Shown here in pieces: positions 36,562 to 43,590 of a DNA stretch of 48,003 nucleotides; within the stretch, counting starts at the first letter, position 1; every line of letters starts with the position of its first letter. The DNA comes from an uncultured Candidatus Saccharibacteria bacterium (GTDB taxonomy: Bacteria; Patescibacteriota; Minisyncoccia; Phycocordibacterales; UBA9988), in contig CAYNXC010000001.1 of the NCBI GenBank assembly GCA_964401135.1, forward strand, positions 72,775 to 120,777, read 5' to 3'. Both the position numbers and the translations under genes were made by a program. The notes beneath the pieces are model-generated. The model did not search any database. It saw only the letters and a list, made by a program, of their open reading frames with translations, and was not told the origin of the DNA.

Positions 36562-37461
36562 CTAGTAGCCGATAAGTTGGATTTCACTGCTCCGATTAAT
36601 ATCAAATTTTTTGGTTACCTGCAGGTTATTAGTGTTGGTATTTCCCGTGACTACGAATTGATCGTAGGCCGTCTTATAAAATCCTTCACCCGCAGTGTTC
36701 TCTCCTTGGATCACATACTCTACAAGATAAGAACCACTCTCACTTGCCCCAGAGTATACACCATCGTATGTGCCTGGGCTTAGCTGATCTTCAACCAGCA
36801 CCAGTGATGTCCTCTCTCCACCCGGTGTCACAATGTTTGCAGACACATGCGCGCCTGTAATTGCTACAAAGCCTTGAATGGAGACAGTCTCACCTACAGT
36901 GATAGCGATAGAGACTCCTTCTGTTGCACCCTCGACGGATGGGCTCTGGGTACTCGTCACCACAACCGGCGCGTCGTGTACATCAATGGAGTATGGAGCT
37001 GGAGAACTCGTGCTAGGGTTCTCTACTGTCACGCGATAGTCACCAACAGTACTTACTCCCGGAGCAGTGATGGTGACTTGGTAACTTCCGTCAGTTTTTT
37101 TCTCAACCGTATAGCGCTCCCCTTCTCTAGTATCAGCATTTCCTGTGTATACTGTTGTGGTGTAGGTAGTGCCCTTCGGATCGGTGACTTTCACCACCAC
37201 ACCAGCACTGGGGGTATCAATAGTAAAGCGGACAGATGGGGCTCTACCCACAGTAAAAAGTACACTCTCTGAATCATGTGGATTGATGGTACCTCTCACT
37301 GAAGTCTCTAATACAACAGTACTGGTCGCTAATGTCTGCGTAGGGCGAGTTTCCTCTGGAGTAAGAGAGAGGGTCGTCACCGCAAAGTATCCTGCAATAC
37401 CAAGGAGTACCACACCGACTACTGTGACAACAGGAAGAACAGTAAATCCTCGCTCATGCAT
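36562..37461 (-). CDS. Membrane-anchored extracellular protein, Thr/Val-rich and beta-rich (Ig-like)
   Basis: 299-aa ORF with an N-terminal anchor (FTVLPVVTVVGVVLLGIAGYFAV). The rest has alternating beta-strand-like composition. Confidence 0.5.
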   Translation of the reverse strand: MHERGFTVLPVVTVVGVVLLGIAGYFAVTTLSLTPEETRPTQTLATSTVVLETSVRGTINPHDSESVLFTVGRAPSVRFTIDTPSAGVVVKVTDPKGTTYTTTVYTGNADTREGERYTVEKKTDGSYQVTITAPGVSTVGDYRVTVENPSTSSPAPYSIDVHDAPVVVTSTQSPSVEGATEGVSIAITVGETVSIQGFVAITGAHVSANIVTPGGERTSLVLVEDQLSPGTYDGVYSGASESGSYLVEYVIQGENTAGEGFYKTAYDQFVVTGNTNTNNLQVTKKFDINRSSEIQLIGY

Positions 37462-37685
37462 ATACTTAAGTGTAACACGAGTGGAAAAACAAAAACCCTG
37501 TTAGGAGTGAGACTCCGAGCAGTGGTGAGTGCTAGAGAGAGATTGATGCAGAAGTCGCCCATAACTTGGCGACCTCTCTCATCGCGCCCAGCATAGCCAA
37601 TCAGTGGCACTAATCTATCCCCCTCTTCATCTCTGGGACATTGGTAGTGACCAAAGCAGACTCGCAGGACATCTTAGTTCTGTAT

Positions 37686-37772
37686 TGGTGCCGAAGAGAG
37701 GACTTGAACCTCCACGGGATTACTCCCACAGCGCTCTGAACGCTGCGTGTCTACCAATTCCACCACTTCGGC
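37686..37772 (-). tRNA. tRNA-Leu (anticodon CAG), CCA encoded
   Basis: Minus strand: GCCGAAG-TG-GTGG..CAC-G-CAGCG-TTCAGAG-CGCTG-long variable arm-GGAGG-TTCAAGT-CCTCT-CTTCGGC-A-CCA. The cloverleaf was folded by hand. The long variable arm is typical of tRNA-Leu. Confidence 0.9.
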
Positions 37773-37870
37773 ATTAGAGGAAGTGTACACCGCAAGTGGT
37801 ATTACGATCAATGTTATGTTATACTCCTTGATGAGAGGTCGTCTATTACTGGTTTTAAGAAATATCATAA

Positions 37871-38086
37871 ATGAATTGTAAGACATGTGGCGGAGCAGCT
37901 GCGGGATACAAGTGTGATATATGCAATGAGGAAAGCCTTGAGCACGATGCCGCTCACGCTTGTGGAGCAGATCACTGTGCACCTAAGTGTGCCGCCTGCA
38001 ACGAGTCAGAAGTTAAGTGCACTTGTGCGCCAGCCGCACCAGAGGCACCTGCTGCCCCCGAGGCGCCAGTAGCCCCTGCAGTATAG
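37871..38086 (+). CDS. Cys/His-rich 71-aa protein with a Pro/Ala-rich tail (putative metal-binding mini-protein)
   Basis: MNCKTCGGAAAGYKCDICNEESLEHDAAHACGADHCAPKCAACNESEVKCTCAPAAPEAPAAPEAPVAPAV has 10 Cys (three CxxC pairs and one CxC) and 3 His. A very strong terminator follows. Confidence 0.55.
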   Translation: MNCKTCGGAAAGYKCDICNEESLEHDAAHACGADHCAPKCAACNESEVKCTCAPAAPEAPAAPEAPVAPAV

Positions 38087-38090
38087 TACA

Positions 38091-38140
38091 AAAAACCGAA
38101 GTTAAACTCCCGTCATTGCTGAAGTTTAACTTCGGTTTTT
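38091..38140. terminator. Bidirectional rho-independent terminator
   Basis: 18-bp perfect stem: aaaaaccgaagttaaact (38091..38108) pairs with agtttaacttcggttttt (38123..38140). It has A-runs and T-runs on both sides and sits between convergent genes. Confidence 0.85.
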
Positions 38141-38148
38141 TATATGAA

Positions 38149-38535
38149 TTATCTTCGTAGTATTGCGCGAGCTGTAGCGTCTTTTGCTTCAAAAAATTTC
38201 TTAGAAAAGTCAACAACCACCTGCGGATCGTAGTAAGCACAGGAGAAGACATCAATGTACGCTGCATTAGTCGCGTTGGCGAAATGCCCGGACACGAGTG
38301 AAGTCTCAATCAACTGTACGAGAGAGTAGCCTGCAATCTCCTCTTTTTCACCAAAGTGCACAATGGTTGGCTCACCAAAGCGTGTCACCTTAATAAGGTC
38401 ACAGAGATCCTCCGTGTACTGTCGTATCTTTTCAGCACTCCGGATAGTATCGCCGTTGCATCCATGGAGATCTATACTCGTGAGAATGCCCCAGCTCCTC
38501 TCGCGATCGTAACTGTGTGATGTAATTGTTTCCAT
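38149..38535 (-). CDS. Pyruvoyl-dependent S-adenosylmethionine decarboxylase family protein (SpeH-like)
   Basis: 128-aa ORF. GYSLVQLIETSLVSGHFANATNAAYIDVFSCAYYD aligns by eye with the SpeH core G.S.V.VISESHLTIHTWPE.GYAAIDLFTCG. The processing Ser is conserved but is preceded by Thr rather than Glu. Confidence 0.55.
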   Translation of the reverse strand: METITSHSYDRERSWGILTSIDLHGCNGDTIRSAEKIRQYTEDLCDLIKVTRFGEPTIVHFGEKEEIAGYSLVQLIETSLVSGHFANATNAAYIDVFSCAYYDPQVVVDFSKKFFEAKDATARAILRR

Positions 38536-38608
38536 CGCGTGTGTATTGTAACAAACTCATCCTCTACGACAATCGCGTAAGAGTAAAATTGTTTATAACT
38601 TGAGAGGT

Positions 38609-38637
38609 TTGTCCACGCAAGATTTTTCTGCTATAGT
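38609..38637 (+). promoter_or_regulatory. Sigma70-type promoter for tRNA-Ile
   Basis: TTGTCC (38609..38614), a 17-nt spacer, then TATAGT (38632..38637). It lies 12 nt before the tRNA 5' end. Confidence 0.55.
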
Positions 38638-38649
38638 TTTCGCGAACAC

Positions 38650-38721
38650 GCGAGTGTAGTTCAGTGGTAGAACGCTGTCCTGATAAGACAGAGGTCGTAG
38701 GTCCGATTCCTACCACTCGCA
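38650..38721 (+). tRNA. tRNA-Ile (anticodon GAU), no encoded CCA
   Basis: GCGAGTG-TA-GTTC-AGTGGTA-GAAC-G-CTGTC-CTGATAA-GACAG-AGGTC-GTAGG-TCCGATT-CCTAC-CACTCGC-A. The T-loop reads TCCGATT, with C at position 55. Confidence 0.85.
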
Positions 38722-38989
38722 CAGGAAAGGCTCTTAGTGCTAGGCGCGAGAGCCAAGGGTAATGGGTCTCTCGGCTCTAGGAAGAACCGTTGGTGGGCAC
38801 AATAAAAAACTTTGGATAAAAGAGAACACTCTCTCCTGCTCCATTCTCTAACTCGTCTCTCGTAGGGCGAGTGTCTACAGCCCACTGTTATTGTAGAGTA
38901 CTAGGGCCATCACTCGGTTCTATACTCAATTGAGGTATAGAACATCAACCAGTAAATCAGATTCACACGAGGTGAAAAAGATCTTTTCC

Positions 38990-40446
38990 TTCGGAAGAAT
39001 TCCACGACCAGCTTCCGCTAGCCGTGCCTTGTTACGACTTAATCCCTGTTACCGAGCTTACCGTAGGTCCACGAATATGGAACTTCGGGTACTCCCGGCT
39101 CCCTTGACTTGACGGGCAGTGAGTACAAGACTCGAGAACGTATTCACCGCAGTATAGCTGACCTGCGATTACTAGCGATTCCGACTTCATGAGGTCGAGT
39201 TTCAGACCTCAATCCGAACTGGGGCTGCATTTGAGGATTAGCTCGGGCTTTCGCCGTCGCAGCCTTCTGTTGCAGCCATTGTATCATGCGTGTAGCCCAG
39301 GACATCAAGGGTCATGCTGACTTGGCGTCATCCTCGCTTCCTTCCGCTAAGAGCGGACAGTCCCGCGTGACACTTGTAACACACGGCAAGGGTTGCGTTC
39401 GTTACCCCACTTAAGGGAACAATTCAAACCACGAACTGACGACAGCCATGCAACACCTGTCCAACCGTCCTTGTGAGACGATCTACCTTTCGGCAAATCT
39501 TCGTTTGGATTTCTAGCCCTGGTGAGGTTCTTCGTTTAGCATCGAATTAAACCGCATGATCCACCGCTTGTGCGAGTCCCCGTCTATTCTTTTGAGTTTT
39601 AAGCTTGCGCTCGTACTTCCCAGGCGCTTCACTTAACGCGTTAGCTTCGCCTCTCAGAGGGTCGATACTCCGAAAAGCTAGTGAAGATCGTTTAGGGCGT
39701 GGACTACCGGGGTATCTAATCCCGTTCGCTACCCACGCTTTCGTGTTTCAGCGTCAGGTGCGCGCCAGCGTACTGCCTTCGCATGTGGTGTTCCCATAGG
39801 TATCAACGGATTTCACCCCTACTCCTATAGTTCCGTATGCCTCTCGCGCCCTCGAGCGTCGCCGTTTCTCTCGCCTCTTCCCGGTTAAGCCGGGAGCTTT
39901 AACAAGAGACTAACGATGCCGCCTACACACCCTTTACGCCCAGTGATTCCGGATAACGCTTGGACCACTCGTATTACCGCTGCTGCTGGCACGAGTTTAG
40001 CAGGTCCTTATTCATGAGGTAACGTCAATAACTTCCTCCCTCATAAAAGGTGTTTACGCCCCGAAGGACTTCATCCACCACGCGGCGTCGCTCCGTCAGA
40101 CTTTCGTCCATTGCGGAAGATTCTCGACTGCGGCCACCCGTAGGTGTATGGGCCGTGTCTCAGTCCCATCGGTGGGGGCCAGGCTCTCACCTCCCCTAAG
40201 CGTCATAGCCTTGGTAAGCCATTACCTTACCAACTAGCTGATACTGCGCAGGCCGCTCCCCAAGCGATAAATCTTTACTCTCGCGAGACTATCGGGAATT
40301 ATCCAACCTTTCGGCTGGTTATGCCCGACTCGGGGGTACGTTCCTACGTGTTACTACCTCGTTTGCCGTGGGTCTAAACCCACTCGACTTGCATGCCTTA
40401 TCCACGCCGCCAGCGTTCATCCTGAGCTAAGATCAAACTCTCAATA
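38990..40446 (-). rRNA. rrs: 16S ribosomal RNA (about 1.46 kb, no large insertion); the 3' end is uncertain by about 30 nt
   Basis: The minus strand begins AGAGTTTGATCTTAGCTCAGGATGAACGCTGGCGGCG. It contains GTGCCAGCAGCAGCGGTAATAC, ATTAGATACCCCGGTAGTCC, GCATGGCTGTCGTCAG, CTGCCCGTCAAGTCA, AAGTCGTAACAAGG and helix 45 with a GGAA loop. No 23S or 5S gene is in the window. Confidence 0.95.
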
Positions 40447-40560
40447 ATATATAGAGAATGGAACAAGAGAGAATGCACTTCCCCCTCGCCCCTCCTTTTT
40501 TTGGATCTTGGATATTTAGTGTTTCTTTTTTTGGCTCCTATTGTCAAAGTACGCCTACGC

Positions 40561-40588
40561 ATTATACAGATGCTTCTTGGAGAGTCAA
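40561..40588 (-). promoter_or_regulatory. 16S rRNA promoter
   Basis: Minus strand: TTGACT (40588..40583), a 16-nt spacer, then TATAAT (40566..40561). It lies about 115 nt upstream of the mature 16S 5' end and directly downstream of a terminator. Confidence 0.7.
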
Positions 40589-40594
40589 GCAAGG

Positions 40595-40618
40595 AAAAAA
40601 CCTCCCATGAATGAGAGG
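40595..40618 (-). terminator. Rho-independent terminator insulating the upstream transcript from the rRNA promoter
   Basis: Minus strand: CCUCUC-AUUCAU-GGGAGG (6-bp stem with one G-U pair) followed by UUUUUU. The + strand reads aaaaaa cctccc atgaat gagagg. Confidence 0.6.
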
Positions 40619-40622
40619 TGAT

Positions 40623-40694
40623 GGGACAGACAGAGCTTAAATCTGCAACATCTCTGTTTAGAGTGAAGTGCTCCGCTATTGAGCTACAGCTCCC
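40623..40694 (-). other. 72-nt tRNA-like remnant (D-arm, T-arm-like hairpin, defective acceptor and anticodon stems)
   Basis: The minus strand has U8-A9 and GCTC-AATAGCG-GAGC (a D-arm), then GCAGA-TTTAAGC-TCTGT (T-arm-like). Only 4 acceptor base pairs form, and there is no 7-nt anticodon loop (CTCT-AAAC-AGAG). Folded by hand. Confidence 0.2.
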
Positions 40695-40757
40695 GCAGAA
40701 CAGTAATCCGTCGGCCACCTTAGCAGAGGACCACAGTGGCTGTCAAGAATACAACAG

Positions 40758-40964
40758 TCACCATGAGTGGCGATACCATCCGATCCCGATGAGAATTCCG
40801 CAAAGGAGACCCGGTAACCCACCAAGCAGACCGATCCCTAGCCAGAAGTCTGGCAGGTTTCCACCCTCCGCGATAATCCGGCATACTGATCCGACAGCGA
40901 TAGCAAAAATGAGGGCAAAGGCGCATGTGCCAATGCAGATTGCCTCAACCATTTTATCCGACAT
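40758..40964 (-). CDS. Small hydrophobic protein (68 aa, 2 TM, Gly/Cys-rich)
   Basis: MSDKMVEAICIGTCAFALIFAIAVGSVCRIIAEGGNLPDFWLGIGLLGGLPGLLCGILIGIGWYRHSW. The purine-rich GAAAGGGGAA lies 4 to 6 nt before the ATG. A near-consensus promoter lies upstream. The antisense 130-aa ORF was rejected. Confidence 0.45.
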   Translation of the reverse strand: MSDKMVEAICIGTCAFALIFAIAVGSVCRIIAEGGNLPDFWLGIGLLGGLPGLLCGILIGIGWYRHSW

Positions 40965-41028
40965 TTTATTCCCCTTTCACAAAGACCCTTACTACCCAAG
41001 CTCTGCTTAGGTTATATAGCTAATATTA

Positions 41029-41057
41029 ATAATAGCATTTTTAACTAATTTTGTCAA
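41029..41057 (-). promoter_or_regulatory. Near-consensus sigma70 promoter for the 68-aa ORF
   Basis: Minus strand: TTGACA (41057..41052), a 17-nt spacer, then TATTAT (41034..41029). Confidence 0.6.
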
Positions 41058-41095
41058 TAACAAAGGATCCTAACGATGGTTAATCGTGCTAGCCC

Positions 41096-41281
41096 CTATT
41101 TTTTAACACGCATTTCCACCCAATACACAGAGAAACAGATTGCGGAAATAATAAAAAAACTACAGGATACTATTATTGCTAATAAAAGACCTCCTTCATG
41201 AGGAAAGACTCCCACGAGAAAAATCGGCGATAATACTGTTAAAAATGTAGAGACTAATCCAATTCTTTTTAAGACTTTCAT
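41096..41281 (-). CDS. Small membrane protein (61 aa, 2 TM)
   Basis: The start is taken at M26 of the track ORF (ATG 41281; MKVLKRIGLVSTFLTVLSPIFLVGVF...). GAGGAAG lies about 12 nt upstream. The longer form would overlap secF. Confidence 0.4.
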   Translation of the reverse strand: MKVLKRIGLVSTFLTVLSPIFLVGVFPHEGGLLLAIIVSCSFFIISAICFSVYWVEMRVKK

Positions 41282-41306
41282 GACTTCTAGAGGCTTCCTC
41301 GTATAA

Positions 41307-42182
41307 TTATACCTTCTTCCCCTCCCCTGCAAAGAGGATAAGTAAGGGAGACGCAATGAATATTGAGGAGTAGGTCCCTGCCGTCATACCTACAATGAGC
41401 GCAAGAGCAAAGTCGCGTGTAGATTCCCCACCAAAGAAGTAGACCGAGGTGAGTGCAATCAGCGTGGTGAGTGAGATGTTAATAGAACGAGCAAACACTT
41501 GATTGAGCGAGAGTCCCACCGTATCTACAAATGAGTTTGCCGCGCGGCGCTGGAGGTTCTCACGGACACGATCAAAGACCACAATGGTATCTGAGACCGA
41601 GAGACCGAGGATGGCAAGGAGTGCGGTCAAGAAGAGCGCGTTAATCTCAATGCCCTGCGTTGCTCCAAGATACGCAAAGAGTCCCGTGGGGATAGAGATA
41701 TCGTGCGCAAGCGCGATAATAGCCGCCAAACCATACTTCCATGAGGCCACCGGTTTAGAAATCTTTCTAAACGCGAGCGCGATGTAGGCAATGATGAGGA
41801 GGAGAACCAACGCAATCGCAATAAGTGCTTTATTGGCAAGCTCTGCACCAATAGTAGGTCCAATAGAGTCAAAGCGCTTCACTACCGCGGTAGTGCCAAG
41901 GAGTACGGTGCGATCTGCGTCAGAAATCTCCTTTGCACGAAAGATGTAGCCACTTTCTCCAATCGGCTGGACTAAGACATCACTCCGATTCAAGGCATTC
42001 AATTCTGTATGGATGCTCTCAAGGCTAGGGCGCGTACCATCAGGGTATTCCAACTCAAGGATAGTACCTCCGACAAAATCAATTCCTAGATTGAGTCCGT
42101 AGTAGAGAATAGAGCCCCACGATGCAAGCACCATTAATGCCGCGATGATGAGAAAAATGGAACGATGTCTAATGATAAACAT
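41307..42182 (-). CDS. secF: Protein translocase subunit SecF
   Basis: The motif LGIDFVGGT and six TM helices in an RND-like arrangement are present. The start at M8 (ATG 42182) lies just downstream of the secD stop at 42184. Confidence 0.85.
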   Translation of the reverse strand: MFIIRHRSIFLIIAALMVLASWGSILYYGLNLGIDFVGGTILELEYPDGTRPSLESIHTELNALNRSDVLVQPIGESGYIFRAKEISDADRTVLLGTTAVVKRFDSIGPTIGAELANKALIAIALVLLLIIAYIALAFRKISKPVASWKYGLAAIIALAHDISIPTGLFAYLGATQGIEINALFLTALLAILGLSVSDTIVVFDRVRENLQRRAANSFVDTVGLSLNQVFARSINISLTTLIALTSVYFFGGESTRDFALALIVGMTAGTYSSIFIASPLLILFAGEGKKV

Positions 42183-42183
42183 A

Positions 42184-43560
42184 TTAATTGAGACCTGAAC
42201 CAAATAAGAACTTATTTATTCTAGTCGCCCGGTGTGCGCCAGACGCACGCAAGAGTATTCGCGTCACCACAATCGCTGAGAACATAGAGATTATCACACC
42301 AAGTGCAAAGGTGAGCGCAAAACCCTCAATCAAACTCTCTCCAAACCAAAAGAGTATCACTGCGGTAATAAGTCCAGAGACATTTGAGTCGCGGATAGAG
42401 GACCACGCACGGCGAAATCCATCTTCCAGAGAATCAGATAACTCCTTCCCGCCACGGAGTTCCTCTTTCATCCGCTCAAAAATAAGTATATTGGCATCTA
42501 CCGCAAGCCCCATAGAGAGAATAAAACCCGCAATGCCAGCCGAGGTGAGCGTAATTGGAACCAATTTATATACCGCGAGTACCAGCGCAATATAAATAGT
42601 AAGCGCAATTACTGCGAGGACGCCAGGTAAGCGGTACCAAAGAATCAGGAATGCAGCGATTGCAATAAATCCATAGAACGCGGCGCTCACTCCCTTTGTT
42701 ACCGCATCATCACCTAAGGTCGCTCCAATCGTCTGAGACGAGACGAGGGTAATTGGCACGGGGAGAGCACCGAGGTTGAGATCGCGCACAAGTGACTTTG
42801 CGGAGTCTGGCGTGAAGTTGCCACTAATCTCTGCCTTACCATCTTTAATTGTCTCATTCACTGTTGGCTCTGAAATGGCCACCCCGTCTAAGTAAATGGC
42901 GACCGTCTTCCCTACATTTGCCTCGGTAATCTGACGAAAGAGTTTTGCCCCCTCGGTGTTGAATTCAATTGCAACGGTAGGAGTGATGGAGTTCTGACTA
43001 AATGAGACCTGCGCTCGTTTTAGGTAGCGACCGGTCAAACCACTTGAGATATAGCGTGGATCTTCTTTTAAGAGCGGGTTGAGCGAAATATCTACCTGAC
43101 CACCTGCCTCGATTGTTTTTTGCGCCTCTTGGTACGCGGCAGTAATTGCATCCTTTTCTGCGCCATCAGGTCGTTCTACTTTAAACTCCAGGTTTGGTGT
43201 TTTATCAATAAGTTTGATTGCGGCATCAATATCCGTCACTCCGGGGAGTTCCACAATCAGACGAGAGTGTGATCCGCTTACACCTCCTTCAATCTGCACG
43301 ATAGGCTCAGAGACGCCGAAGAGGTTCACGCGTCGCTCAATCACGCCACGCAATGAATTCATGGCATCAGAAATATCTGCATCAGAGATGTTAGTTGTAT
43401 CTCCCTCATACACAAGGTGTGTCCCTCCCGAGAGATCCAAACCTAGTTTAAAGGGGAAGGAGATCCATCGACTCGTCGAGCTCTGGCTTACATAGTCAAA
43501 GTATCCTATCCCAAGCCCTATGACGAGAACGAAAAGGGCAAGAATGCGTGATTTCCACAT
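42184..43560 (-). CDS. secD: Protein translocase subunit SecD
   Basis: 458-aa ORF with an N-terminal TM helix, a periplasmic domain containing GLDLSGGTHLVYE, and a C-terminal 5-TM bundle (ILSMGLAVDANILIFER). Confidence 0.9.
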   Translation of the reverse strand: MWKSRILALFVLVIGLGIGYFDYVSQSSTSRWISFPFKLGLDLSGGTHLVYEGDTTNISDADISDAMNSLRGVIERRVNLFGVSEPIVQIEGGVSGSHSRLIVELPGVTDIDAAIKLIDKTPNLEFKVERPDGAEKDAITAAYQEAQKTIEAGGQVDISLNPLLKEDPRYISSGLTGRYLKRAQVSFSQNSITPTVAIEFNTEGAKLFRQITEANVGKTVAIYLDGVAISEPTVNETIKDGKAEISGNFTPDSAKSLVRDLNLGALPVPITLVSSQTIGATLGDDAVTKGVSAAFYGFIAIAAFLILWYRLPGVLAVIALTIYIALVLAVYKLVPITLTSAGIAGFILSMGLAVDANILIFERMKEELRGGKELSDSLEDGFRRAWSSIRDSNVSGLITAVILFWFGESLIEGFALTFALGVIISMFSAIVVTRILLRASGAHRATRINKFLFGSGLN

Positions 43561-43590
43561 ACGCTACCGAGTATTGCATATCTTACGATG

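Noticed and set aside
37674-37982. 102-aa minus-strand ORF
   Set aside because: It overlaps tRNA-Leu(CAG) entirely and runs antisense into the Cys-rich gene, so it is not credible as coding.
38722-38989. Possible 5S rRNA, SRP RNA, 6S RNA or RNase P RNA in the tRNA-Ile/16S convergent spacer
   Set aside because: None of the conserved cores I know is present, such as the SRP GGAAGCAGCC-type domain IV or the 5S loop motifs. The region is too short for RNase P RNA. I left it as unexplained structured spacer within the rRNA-locus finding.
38661-40718. ORF-track entries inside the tRNA/rRNA region: 38661..38885(-), 38930..39112(+), 39605..39799(+), 40144..40377(+), 40398..40718(-)
   Set aside because: They overlap tRNA-Ile, the 16S rRNA gene or its leader and promoter. 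These are typical spurious ORFs in rDNA.
40618-41010. 130-aa + strand ORF
   Set aside because: It lies antisense to the 68-aa membrane ORF, which has a promoter and RBS, and it covers the tRNA-like remnant. Its Pro/Arg/Ser-rich composition is typical of shadow frames.
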